Source: Myxococcota bacterium
Lineage (GTDB): Bacteria > Myxococcota_A > UBA9160 > JAFDDA01
Assembly (NCBI GenBank): GCA_965228475.1
Contig: OZ245817.1
Span: 1,728,001-1,792,000 of the forward strand
Direction of reading: 5' to 3'
DNA: 64,000 bases
Shown here: in pieces, positions 38,489 to 46,999 of the stretch
Numbering within the stretch: position 1 is the stretch's first letter
Layout of the letters: each line of letters opens with the position of its first letter
Translations under genes and position numbers: made by a program
The notes under the pieces: model-generated
The model's database searches: none
Told to the model about the DNA's origin: nothing
What the model saw: the letters and a program-made list of their open reading frames with translations, nothing else

Positions 38489-38561
38489 GCCGCCCTCGGC
38501 AGCCAGATCGAGGTTGCTTTTCCGCCCCGCCCGGGCTCAGACTGCGCGCGGGAGGATCATC

Positions 38562-38783
38562 ATGCGACGAACGTTCGGAGCTCTCGTGTTGGGACTTTCG
38601 CTGGTGGGCGCTGCGCCCGTGGCGCTGGCGGACGATGCGGCGAGCGACGCGGTCGCGGCCCTCGAGGACGCCGTCGAGGATGCGCAGGACGATGGCTCGA
38701 ACCGCAACCTGATCCTTGCGGCGATCCTCGCCGTGGTGGTGATCGGCGGCGGCATCGCCATGAGCCGGCGCGGCCAGGGCTAG
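38562..38783 (+). CDS. Small exported protein with C-terminal membrane anchor
   Basis: GGAGG RBS; signal peptide ending VALA; acidic core; TM helix followed by RR. Confidence 0.7.
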   Translation: MRRTFGALVLGLSLVGAAPVALADDAASDAVAALEDAVEDAQDDGSNRNLILAAILAVVVIGGGIAMSRRGQG

Positions 38784-38816
38784 CGCCCGCCCCCTCGCTT
38801 CCGGTCGTCCGACGCC

Positions 38817-40124
38817 CTAGGCCAGGGCGGCGTTCGGCCGTTCCGCTGGGCCCGTCGGCCCGGCGGTCAGGGGCTCGACTTCGACACGGACCTGCTCGAT
38901 GGCGGCGATCGCCTGGGCGATGGCCTGCTCGCGGCTCTCCCCGCACGCGATGACCGAGCCGCCCCGGGAGGGGTGGCTGTCGATCGGGCCGACCACGTCG
39001 CCGGGTGCGAGCCGGATCTGGCTCCAGGCCACGCCGGGGCTCTGGCCGGCTGCGGCCGCCCCCTGCACCGAGACGACGCGCCCCGGCTTCGGGAACAGGT
39101 AGCGCTGGGCCACGCCGCGCTCGAAGCGCGGCCGCAGGGATTCCGGGCTCGGCCGCTCGCCGAGCGCCACGCGGATCGCCTGGCCGACGAAGTCCACGCC
39201 GGTCGAGAGCGGAATCTCGTGCGAACAGAAGCGCCCGCCCGAGAGCCGCGCCGCGACCTCGATCACGTGGGGGACGCCGTCGCAAACGACGATGTCACCC
39301 TTCACGACCCCGTTCTCGATCCCGAGGGCGTCGGCGGCCTGCTGGACGAGTTCGCGGATCGCTTCGCGGACGGGTTCGCCATGGCGCGTCGGAAGGGCGC
39401 CGCCGTTTTCGATCATGTGGGGCGCGTAGCATTCGAGCAGTTCGTAGTTGCGGTCCGACATGCCGACGGTGTGAGCGACTCCGTCGACCACGATGCTTTC
39501 GGTGGAGACCTGCGGGCCCTCGAGGAAGCGCTCGACCATCACGCGCCGGGTCGGCGAGTGGCTGCGCGCGAAGGCGTAGGCCCAGTCGAGGTCGACCTCG
39601 GGGGTGAGGCGCAGGACGCCGCGGGCGCCGCGGCTGTCCACCGGCTTCACGACGAGCGGGAGGCCACGTTCGGCCGCGAGACCGGCGAGGGTCGCCGCGC
39701 TCTCGACCGGCGCGAAGGCCGGGATCGCGACGCCCCGTTCGGCGAAGCGCTCCTTCATCGCGAGTTTGTCGCTGGCGAGCTCCGCGGCTTCGAGCGAGAT
39801 CCCCGGCGCCCCGATGGCCCGGGCGACGTGGGCAACGGTCCGCGGGACGTCGGAGGCGATGCACATCACGCCGTCGACGCGCCGCACGCGGCGGTGGTAG
39901 TCGAGGACCGCGGCGGTCGTGACCTCGACGTCGTAGGTGCTCGCGAGCAGCCGGTCGTCGGCGGCGGCGAAGCCCGGCGCCTGCGGGTCGGCGTCGGTGG
40001 CCACGACGTGCAGGCCCAGGTCCTTCGCACGGGCGATGCCGTCGGCTGCCTCGGCCCCCGCGCCGACGACGCAGAGCGTCTGCGGCGGTGTGACGGGATT
40101 CATCGCCATCGGCACATCAGGCAT
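38817..40124 (-). CDS. ATP-grasp domain protein (paralog 3, amino-acid-ligase-like); alternative start 40103
   Basis: VGAGAE, SDKLAMK, VVKPVDSRGARGV, VERFLEG, KGD, IEVAARLSGG. Confidence 0.88.
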   Translation of the reverse strand: MPDVPMAMNPVTPPQTLCVVGAGAEAADGIARAKDLGLHVVATDADPQAPGFAAADDRLLASTYDVEVTTAAVLDYHRRVRRVDGVMCIASDVPRTVAHVARAIGAPGISLEAAELASDKLAMKERFAERGVAIPAFAPVESAATLAGLAAERGLPLVVKPVDSRGARGVLRLTPEVDLDWAYAFARSHSPTRRVMVERFLEGPQVSTESIVVDGVAHTVGMSDRNYELLECYAPHMIENGGALPTRHGEPVREAIRELVQQAADALGIENGVVKGDIVVCDGVPHVIEVAARLSGGRFCSHEIPLSTGVDFVGQAIRVALGERPSPESLRPRFERGVAQRYLFPKPGRVVSVQGAAAAGQSPGVAWSQIRLAPGDVVGPIDSHPSRGGSVIACGESREQAIAQAIAAIEQVRVEVEPLTAGPTGPAERPNAALA

Positions 40125-41061
40125 GGGGTTCGACGAGCACCTTCACGCTGCGGTGTTCGGCCTTGCGTCCGGCGACCTCGTAGGCCCGGGAGATTTCCTC
40201 GAGCGGGAAGCGGTGCGTGAGCAGGGAGTCGAGGTCGAGCGCTCGGCTCTCGACGAGCCGGATCGCTTCGGCGAACTCGGCCCGGGTGTAGCGCTGGCTC
40301 CCGAGGACGGAGAGCTCGCGCTCGACGATCCACTTGAGCGTCAGCGGCCGGCTGTCCTTGATGTTCCCGACGAGGACGACCCGTCCGCAGGTCTCCGTGT
40401 GGTCCGCGGCCCACTGGAGACCGGAACCGTCGCCGGCCGCGGCGACGAGCGTCACCTCGGGCCGGAAGGCTTCGGCGTCCTCCGCGCCGAGGCTCGCCCC
40501 GAGTTCGCGCTGGAAGTCGTGCCGCGCCAGCAGCCCGACCCGCTCGGCGCCGGCCTGGCGCGCGAGCTGGATGAGGAGCAGGCCGATCGTGCTGGCCCCG
40601 AGCACGGCCACGCGTTTCCCGGCCAGCGGCCCGGCCACGGAAAGCACGTGCAGGCTCGAGGCGATCGGCTCGACGCAGGCGGCGTGGGCCGGATCGGCGG
40701 CGATCGGGTGGACGTTCCTCTCCGGCGCGTGGACGCGTTCCGCGAAGCCGCCGGGCGCGTGGTGGCTGATCATCCGAGGGCTCGCGCAGAGGTTCTCGCG
40801 CCCGTCTCGACAGAACGAACACGTCCCGCACTCGACGAGCGGATTCACGACGACGAGCCGCCCGTCGGAGCGCCCGGCGATCTCGTGGCCGGGCCAGTAC
40901 TCGGGAATCGGCGGGTTGCGGTCGTAGATCCCGAGATCCGAGCCGCAGACGCCGCAGGCCGCGACGTCGATGGCCTGCCAGCCCGGTTCGTTCACGAACT
41001 CCGGCGGCTCGACCTGGCGAAGCTCGAAGGTCGAGGGTGCGACGAGGACGGCGGCGCGCAT
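40117..41061 (-). CDS. Zinc-dependent medium-chain (sugar-alcohol-type) dehydrogenase
   Basis: CGVCGSD, GHE, CGTCSFC...C structural Zn site, GASTIG. Confidence 0.88.
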   Translation of the reverse strand: MRAAVLVAPSTFELRQVEPPEFVNEPGWQAIDVAACGVCGSDLGIYDRNPPIPEYWPGHEIAGRSDGRLVVVNPLVECGTCSFCRDGRENLCASPRMISHHAPGGFAERVHAPERNVHPIAADPAHAACVEPIASSLHVLSVAGPLAGKRVAVLGASTIGLLLIQLARQAGAERVGLLARHDFQRELGASLGAEDAEAFRPEVTLVAAAGDGSGLQWAADHTETCGRVVLVGNIKDSRPLTLKWIVERELSVLGSQRYTRAEFAEAIRLVESRALDLDSLLTHRFPLEEISRAYEVAGRKAEHRSVKVLVEPHA

Positions 41062-41063
41062 GC

Positions 41064-41801
41064 TCACGCCCCCGCCGCGGCCGAGGGCGCCGTCCGCGGG
41101 GCCTCGGAGGGGGACCGGCCGAGGCGCTCGTAGCTCGCGCGGGAAGTGGCATCGAGCGTCTTCCAGGCGGCATGGAAGTCGCGCTCGCCCTGGAGCGTGA
41201 GCGGGTTCGCGTGCACGTTCGTCCAGGTGGCCGGCGGCACGGTCACGACGTCGGCGCCCCCGCCGATCGCGGCCTCCAGGTGATGCGGGTTGCGAAGGCT
41301 CGCCACGAGCAGGCGCGTCGGGCTCCCGAGCGCATCGAGCATGCGCCGGCACTGGCCGACGGCCGTGGCGTGCTGCTCCCCGAAGTCCTCGACCCGGCCG
41401 AGGATCAGGCTCAGGTAGGCCACGCCGAGGCGCGCGAAGGGGATGCCCTGGGCCGGGTCGAAGGCCAGGGTGATGTTGCACGGGATGCCGTCCCCGGTGA
41501 GGGCCTCGGCGGCGCGGTAGCCCTCGAGGGTGGCCGGCACCTTCACCACGATGTTCGGGGCGAGGCGCGCGAGCGCGCGGCCCTGCGGGATCATCTCCGC
41601 CGCCTCGGTGCTCGTGACCTGCGCCGAGACGGGGCCCGCCACGGCGTCCGCGACGCGCACGAGCTGGTCGAGCGGGTCGCCGCCCTCCTTGGCCAGGAGC
41701 GCCGGGTTCGTCGTCACGCCCTCCACCAGGCCGAAGGCCTGCCAGCGGCGGATCTCGTCGAGGCTCGCGGTGTCCAGGAAGAATTCGAGGTCGTGGCTCA
41801 T
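41064..41801 (-). CDS. Transaldolase/fructose-6-phosphate aldolase family protein (atypical)
   Basis: FFLDTA, GVTTNP, VVKVP Schiff-base Lys, NITL, VASLRN, TVPP. Confidence 0.9.
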   Translation of the reverse strand: MSHDLEFFLDTASLDEIRRWQAFGLVEGVTTNPALLAKEGGDPLDQLVRVADAVAGPVSAQVTSTEAAEMIPQGRALARLAPNIVVKVPATLEGYRAAEALTGDGIPCNITLAFDPAQGIPFARLGVAYLSLILGRVEDFGEQHATAVGQCRRMLDALGSPTRLLVASLRNPHHLEAAIGGGADVVTVPPATWTNVHANPLTLQGERDFHAAWKTLDATSRASYERLGRSPSEAPRTAPSAAAGA

Positions 41802-41836
41802 GGTGTGTGGCTCCTGGTCCGCTGCGCCCGGGCCCG

Positions 41837-42937
41837 TCAGTCGGGCGGCCGTGCGTAGCAGACGGTGTCGTAGAGGTTCTGGGAGTGGTGGCCCAGATGG
41901 AGGCGGTAGCCGGGAACGGTTTCCTTCAGGAGGATCGGAAGCTCCCAGAGGTCGCTCGGCCGGTGGTAGATGCAGATCGCGAGCTTCGGCGTCCGCTCGG
42001 TCAGCAGCGCCTTCGCGCCGGCGAGGGCTTCGCGCTCGGCGCCTTCGACGTCGAGTTTGATCCAGTCGACGCGGCCGGCGGTCTGCTCCCAGGCGAACTC
42101 ATCGAGGGCGACGACCCGGATCGCTTCGGTGCCGGGGGCCGATTCGCCGTCGGCGTTCGCTTCGGCCGTCGTGACGCGAAACTGTGACGGAGCCCCGTCG
42201 GTGGCGAGCCGGATCTCTCCGGTGCGGTTCCAGCAGCCGACGGGCTCGACCGAGACGCGCGCGCCGTGCGGGTGCTGGGCGACCGCTTCGCGCAGGCGTT
42301 CGAGGTTTTCCGAGGCGGGCTCGAAGGCGTGGACCCGGCCTTCGCTCCCGACGGCTTCCGCGTAGTCGAGCGAGGTCTCGCCGTCGAAGGCGCCGCCGTC
42401 GAAGATCCGCTCGCCCGGAAGCACGGGAACCTCCGGATGGCGGTAGGGCGGGGTCGGCGGCGGCAGGTCGCCCGGGTCGAGGGAGCGCCGGTGCGCGAGC
42501 ACCGCGTCGAAGATCGCTCGGGACTCCGGCTGGATCAGGCTTCGCGCGAAATGGATCTCGTCGCGGGCGTCGTCGTACACGGTTTCGTCGAAATGCCCCG
42601 ACCAGCGCGGGTCGCAAACGACGCTGCCGTCGAGAACGGGGCCCTCGTAGCCGTCCCCGCGGAGCTGCGCGGTCATCTCCCTCGCGTACATGCTCGCGGT
42701 CACGATGGTCTCGAAGCCCACGGCCGCGGCCTCTTCCGGGCCGAGGATGCGCGCTCCGCGGAAGCGGCCTTCGCGGTAGCTGTCGACGAAGGCCTCGGGC
42801 TTCAGGCCCAGGGCCGCCAGGGCCTCCGCGACGGCTTCACCGCCGGCGCCCGTTCCGAAGACCGCGAAGCGCCCGGGCGCCTCGAGGAAGCGCGTGAGCG
42901 CCGCGTTTCGAACGTCTCGCAAACTCTGCCTCACCAT
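41837..42937 (-). CDS. FkbM family SAM-dependent methyltransferase with N-terminal Rossmann-like domain
   Basis: FDGGAFDG, VHAFEP, IKLDVEGAE, PKLAICIYH. Confidence 0.88.
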   Translation of the reverse strand: MVRQSLRDVRNAALTRFLEAPGRFAVFGTGAGGEAVAEALAALGLKPEAFVDSYREGRFRGARILGPEEAAAVGFETIVTASMYAREMTAQLRGDGYEGPVLDGSVVCDPRWSGHFDETVYDDARDEIHFARSLIQPESRAIFDAVLAHRRSLDPGDLPPPTPPYRHPEVPVLPGERIFDGGAFDGETSLDYAEAVGSEGRVHAFEPASENLERLREAVAQHPHGARVSVEPVGCWNRTGEIRLATDGAPSQFRVTTAEANADGESAPGTEAIRVVALDEFAWEQTAGRVDWIKLDVEGAEREALAGAKALLTERTPKLAICIYHRPSDLWELPILLKETVPGYRLHLGHHSQNLYDTVCYARPPD

Positions 42938-43836
42938 GTGCCGTAGTCCGCCAGGCCGAGGCTCGCGACGAGCGCCCCGGTCCGTTCCCGATAGATCCGC
43001 TCGTGCTCGGCACCGAAGAAGTGCTGCCAGTCGCCGACGCGGGCGCGCCGCACGTGGTTCGGTGCGTCGGCGCGGGTGCGTTCCGGCTCGGTGTGGCGCA
43101 GGACGTCCGCCGCGAGGACGCGGTCCTCGACGCCCGCGAACTGCAGGAGCCGCGCAATCTGGCCGGCCCGATCCCCGACGAGCTCCTCGAAGCGCACGAG
43201 CTCGTAGCGGGAGGCCAGCGCGCGATAGGCCTCGACGTGACGGGCCCAGCGGTCGACGGAATTCGCGAAGTAGTCGAGCCGTCCGTAGAGCGCCTCGGGC
43301 GTGTCGATCCGGTACTCCGGGTGGCGCGCGAGCATCCGAGGGGAGGTGGCGTAGTGGATCCAGGAGTTGACGACGTCGCGCCCGTCGCGGATCAGGTAGA
43401 TCCAGCGCCGGCCCGGTCCGAGCAGGCGGGCGTGATCCTCCCGGGGCTCCTGGTGGGTCCAGAGCAGGGCGGCGTCGCGTTCGAAGCGCGCGAGATCCCG
43501 CAGCGCGAAGCGCGCCTTCAGGTGGCTGTTGCGGACGTAGACCTGCGCGTCGTGGACTTCCGCTTCGTCGAGGTCGCGCTGTTCCGGGAAGGAGAGCGGG
43601 ACGCCGTCGAGGGCGAAGAGGGAGTTCCAGCAGCCGGTCCGCGCCGCATGGGACTGGAAGGTTCCGGCGCGCTCCATGGCGGTGCGGAGCGTGCGGTAGA
43701 GGAGGTAGTTGCCCGACTTCTCGACGCCGCACTGGCCGACGAGCGGCTGAGCGCCCTTGCCGGAGGCGGGCCGCTTCGGCCGTTGCGTCGTTTTCGGCGG
43801 CAGCGGGCCGCGCGGATGGATCGCCTGGCTGGCCAT
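42931..43836 (-). CDS. PAPS-dependent sulfotransferase domain protein
   Basis: EKSGNYLL (5'-PSB-like), IYLIRDGRDVVNS (3'-PB), VRFEEL, VGDW. Confidence 0.8.
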   Translation of the reverse strand: MASQAIHPRGPLPPKTTQRPKRPASGKGAQPLVGQCGVEKSGNYLLYRTLRTAMERAGTFQSHAARTGCWNSLFALDGVPLSFPEQRDLDEAEVHDAQVYVRNSHLKARFALRDLARFERDAALLWTHQEPREDHARLLGPGRRWIYLIRDGRDVVNSWIHYATSPRMLARHPEYRIDTPEALYGRLDYFANSVDRWARHVEAYRALASRYELVRFEELVGDRAGQIARLLQFAGVEDRVLAADVLRHTEPERTRADAPNHVRRARVGDWQHFFGAEHERIYRERTGALVASLGLADYGTW

Positions 43837-43884
43837 GCAGTCCCCACGAGCGCGCTCGCGCCGCTCGTCGAACGGAGTCGATCG

Positions 43885-43921
43885 GCCACCGGATTCCCGG
43901 CGCCTTGCCACCGGATTCCCG
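43885..43921. repeat. 15-bp direct repeat with 22-bp period
   Basis: GCCACCGGATTCCCG at 43885-43899 and 43907-43921. Confidence 0.85.
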
Positions 43922-43935
43922 TGTGGCTTCGGGCT

Positions 43936-43963
43936 GGATCGGCGCGCCTTGCGCCCGGCTTGA
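43936..43963 (-). promoter_or_regulatory. Candidate sigma28-type promoter for the sulfotransferase operon
   Basis: Minus strand TCAAG-N15-GCCGATCC. Confidence 0.55.
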
Positions 43964-43993
43964 CCTTTGTTGCGGGGGAGTTGCCGCTTCGGG

Positions 43994-45298
43994 CTAGGCC
44001 GGCGGGAAGGGCCGGTCGCGTCCGAGCGGGGCCTTTTGGCCCCGAAGTGTGGCGAGCACGTAGGGCCCCTGCGGAAGCACGGCCACCCGCGCGCTGGGCT
44101 GCTCGGTGAGCACCCGGGCAATGCCCTCCGCCGGGCTCGCGACCGGCTCGACGAACAGCCCGCGCTGGGCTTCGGCCGGGAGGCCGTCGCTGTAGAGCAG
44201 CACCCGGGCCCGCCGCCGCGCCTGGCACAGGTGCTGGACCATCCACTGGTCGATGGCGAAGAACTCGGGATTCTCGAGCTCGAGTTCGAAGGCGTCGGGG
44301 CCCGCCGATTCCCGCAGACACTTCTCGAAGGAGGCGCTGCCGACGCCACCGTCGAGGGCGGCGCACAGGAGGATGGTGCCGCCCGGGCGGACGATCCCCT
44401 GGGCGGTCGCGATCCCCTTGATCGCCTGATAGAAGGTCGCGTCGAGGGGGGCGCCGCCGCCGGAGGTCACGACGAGGTCCGCGGGCTCCGGAAGCGACAC
44501 GAGGGACTCGTCTTCGACGAAGCGCATCGCGTCTTCGTGGGAGGCTTCGACGTCGCCGCAGAAGATGCCGGCCACCCGGCGCTCGCGGTCGAGGGCCACG
44601 TTCACGGCGAAGTGGACGCCGACGGCGCGCACGACCTCGAGCAGGGCTTCGTGGAGCGGGTTGCCCTCGACGATGCCCGGCCCGATGTGCCCCTCGAGGA
44701 GCTTCGGGCCGTGGGCGAAGCGGATCGTCTCCGTCGCCGCGAGGCCCGGGCAGACGGCCTTGCGCCCGCCCGAGTAGCCGGCCATCAGGTGTGGTTCGAC
44801 GAGCCCCGTCACGATCCGCAGGTCGCTCTCGCAGAAGACGCGGTCGATGCGGATGGGCAGGCCGGCGCGCGTGGTGCCGAGATCCACGTGCGCGTCGGCA
44901 TCCCGCGCGTCGTGCTGGACGATGCGGAGGGTGCGCGCGAGCTCCGTTCCGAGCATCCCGTCGAGCTCCTCGGGCGTGCTCGGCCGGTGGAGTCCCGTCG
45001 CGACGACGATGCGAACCGCCTCGGGCGGAAGGCCGCCCCGCCGCAGGGCGTCGAGCAGGGGCGGCAGGAGCAGCGCGTTCGGGACCGGGCGCGTCGCGTC
45101 GCTGACGACGATGGCCGCGTCGCGGCGGCCGCGGGCGAGCGCTTCGAGCGGCGCGCACGCCGTGGGCCGGGCGAGGGCCTCGCGCAGCGCGGCTTCCGGG
45201 TCGGGGAGGGGCGGCACCGCGACCTTCTCGAGCACCCGGCTCCCGTCCGGCACCTCGACGGGCAGCGTGCCGCGTCCATGGGCGAGTTCGACCTGCAC
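43994..45298 (-). CDS. larA: LarA-family nickel-pincer 2-hydroxy-acid racemase/epimerase
   Basis: SDATRP, ATGLHR, EPHLMAGYSGGRK, FAH, FYQAIKG; substrate not established. Confidence 0.85.
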   Translation of the reverse strand: MQVELAHGRGTLPVEVPDGSRVLEKVAVPPLPDPEAALREALARPTACAPLEALARGRRDAAIVVSDATRPVPNALLLPPLLDALRRGGLPPEAVRIVVATGLHRPSTPEELDGMLGTELARTLRIVQHDARDADAHVDLGTTRAGLPIRIDRVFCESDLRIVTGLVEPHLMAGYSGGRKAVCPGLAATETIRFAHGPKLLEGHIGPGIVEGNPLHEALLEVVRAVGVHFAVNVALDRERRVAGIFCGDVEASHEDAMRFVEDESLVSLPEPADLVVTSGGGAPLDATFYQAIKGIATAQGIVRPGGTILLCAALDGGVGSASFEKCLRESAGPDAFELELENPEFFAIDQWMVQHLCQARRRARVLLYSDGLPAEAQRGLFVEPVASPAEGIARVLTEQPSARVAVLPQGPYVLATLRGQKAPLGRDRPFPPA

Positions 45299-45350
45299 GG
45301 CTCAAGCCTACGCCAGTTCGGCCGTTTGGTAAGGTTCGCGAGGGGGGAAC

Positions 45351-46208
45351 GTGGAACGCTTGGGGACTCGCAGGCTCGGGGCGCGCGGCCTGGCCGCCGG
45401 CGCAGGGGCGGCTCTCGTCCTTGGCCTCGCCGCTCTCGCGGCGTTCGGCCCGGGCGAAGTCCGCGCCGACGACCCGGAGCCGGACCGTTTCGACACCGTC
45501 GTTCTCGACGCCGGCCACGGCGGCAAGGACGAGGGCGCGAAGGGGCAGGGCGGCCTGCTCGAGAAGGAGGTCGTCTTCGACGTCGCCCTGCGCGTGCGCG
45601 ACCGGCTCACCGCCCTCGGCTACCGCGTCGTTCTCACCCGGGAGACGGACGAGCGCGTCTCCCTGGCGGACCGCGTCGAGCGCGCGAACCAGGCGCGCGG
45701 CGACCTGTTCGTCTCGATCCACGCGAACGCCGCGCCCCAGGACTACGTGCGCGGCGTCGAGACTTTCTTCCTCTCCCTCGAGGCGAGCGACGACGCCGCC
45801 CGCGCCCTGGCCGAGGCCGAGAACGAGGCGTTCGAGAGCGTCCCGCAGCTCGACCCCTCGGGCGGCGACGCCCTGCTCGGGATCCTCGGCGATCTCATGG
45901 CCAACGAGCACATGGTCGAGTCGAACGAGTTCGCCCGCATGGCCCAACAGGCGCTCTCGATGCGGGATTCCGTCCGCTCGCGCGGCGTGAAGCAGGCCCC
46001 GTTCTACGTCCTGATGGGCGTGCGCATGCCCGCCTGCCTCGTCGAGATCGGCTTCCTCTCGAACGAACGCGACGAGCGGGAGCTCTCCGAGGCCCAGCGG
46101 CGGGAGGAGATCGCGGATGCGCTGGCGATCTCGATCGTCCGCTTCGGAGAGCGGTATGATGCGCGGCGCGGCCTCGTTCGGCCGCCGGTCGCCGCCCGCG
46201 GCGACTGA
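45351..46208 (+). CDS. amiC: N-acetylmuramoyl-L-alanine amidase (Amidase_3)
   Basis: Signal peptide; [28 protein letters not shown]. Confidence 0.9.
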   Translation: MERLGTRRLGARGLAAGAGAALVLGLAALAAFGPGEVRADDPEPDRFDTVVLDAGHGGKDEGAKGQGGLLEKEVVFDVALRVRDRLTALGYRVVLTRETDERVSLADRVERANQARGDLFVSIHANAAPQDYVRGVETFFLSLEASDDAARALAEAENEAFESVPQLDPSGGDALLGILGDLMANEHMVESNEFARMAQQALSMRDSVRSRGVKQAPFYVLMGVRMPACLVEIGFLSNERDERELSEAQRREEIADALAISIVRFGERYDARRGLVRPPVAARGD

Positions 46209-46244
46209 AGAACCCGACCGGTCGGCGACCGAAGAACCCGACCG
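46207..46244. repeat. 14-bp direct repeat with 24-bp period between amiC and rph
   Basis: GAAGAACCCGACCG at 46207-46220 and 46231-46244. Confidence 0.8.
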
Positions 46245-46270
46245 CCCGAACCGACACAGGAGAACGCGCG

Positions 46271-46999
46271 TTGCGCCACGACGGCCGCCAGCCGGACGAA
46301 CTCCGGCAGCTCACCTTGACCCCCGACTTCACCGAAAACCCGCTCGGCTCCGTCCTGTGTGCGATGGGCAAGACGAAGGTGCTCTGCACCGTCAGCCACG
46401 AGAGCAGCGTGCCGCGCTTCCTGCAGGGGACCGGGCAGGGCTGGGTCACCGCCGAGTACTCGCTCCTGCCGGGCTCGACCGATACGCGCAGCCAGCGCGA
46501 GGCGGCGCGGGGCAAGCAGTCCGGGCGCACGCTCGAGATCCAGCGCCTGATCGGCCGCAGCCTGCGCGCCGTCGTCGACCTGCGGCGCCTCGGCGACCGC
46601 ACGCTCTACGTGGACTGCGACGTGCTCCAGGCCGACGGCGGCACGCGGACGGCCTCCATCACCGGTGCCTACGTGGCCCTCGCCCTGGCCGTGCACCGGC
46701 TGCAGCTCGAGAAGTCCCCGCTGCTCGACTCGGTCGGCGCGATCTCCGTCGGTGTCGTGAAGGGCCAGCTGGTCCTCGACCTCGACTATCCCGAGGACTC
46801 CCGCGCCGACGTCGACATGAACGTCGTGATGACGGGCGCCGGCCGCTTCGTCGAGGTCCAGGGGACCGCCGAGCGGGGAACCTTCGACCAGAGCGAACTC
46901 TCCGCCCTGACCGCGCTCGCCGCCGACGGCATCGCGAAGATCACCGCGGCGCAGAACGAAGTGCTGGCCGGCCTGGGCGCGACGCCCCCGGGCGCGTGA
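46271..46999 (+). CDS. rph: Ribonuclease PH
   Basis: [53 protein letters not shown]. Confidence 0.97.
   Translation: MRHDGRQPDELRQLTLTPDFTENPLGSVLCAMGKTKVLCTVSHESSVPRFLQGTGQGWVTAEYSLLPGSTDTRSQREAARGKQSGRTLEIQRLIGRSLRAVVDLRRLGDRTLYVDCDVLQADGGTRTASITGAYVALALAVHRLQLEKSPLLDSVGAISVGVVKGQLVLDLDYPEDSRADVDMNVVMTGAGRFVEVQGTAERGTFDQSELSALTALAADGIAKITAAQNEVLAGLGATPPGA

Noticed and set aside
34798..43836. Island 2 as a mobile element or recent horizontal acquisition
   Set aside because: No integrase, transposase, tRNA target or flanking repeats, and no compositional shift visible by eye
45302..45328. TCAAG-N14-GCCGTT upstream of amiC as a sigma28 promoter
   Set aside because: Mismatch in the -10 core and different spacing from the other three motifs
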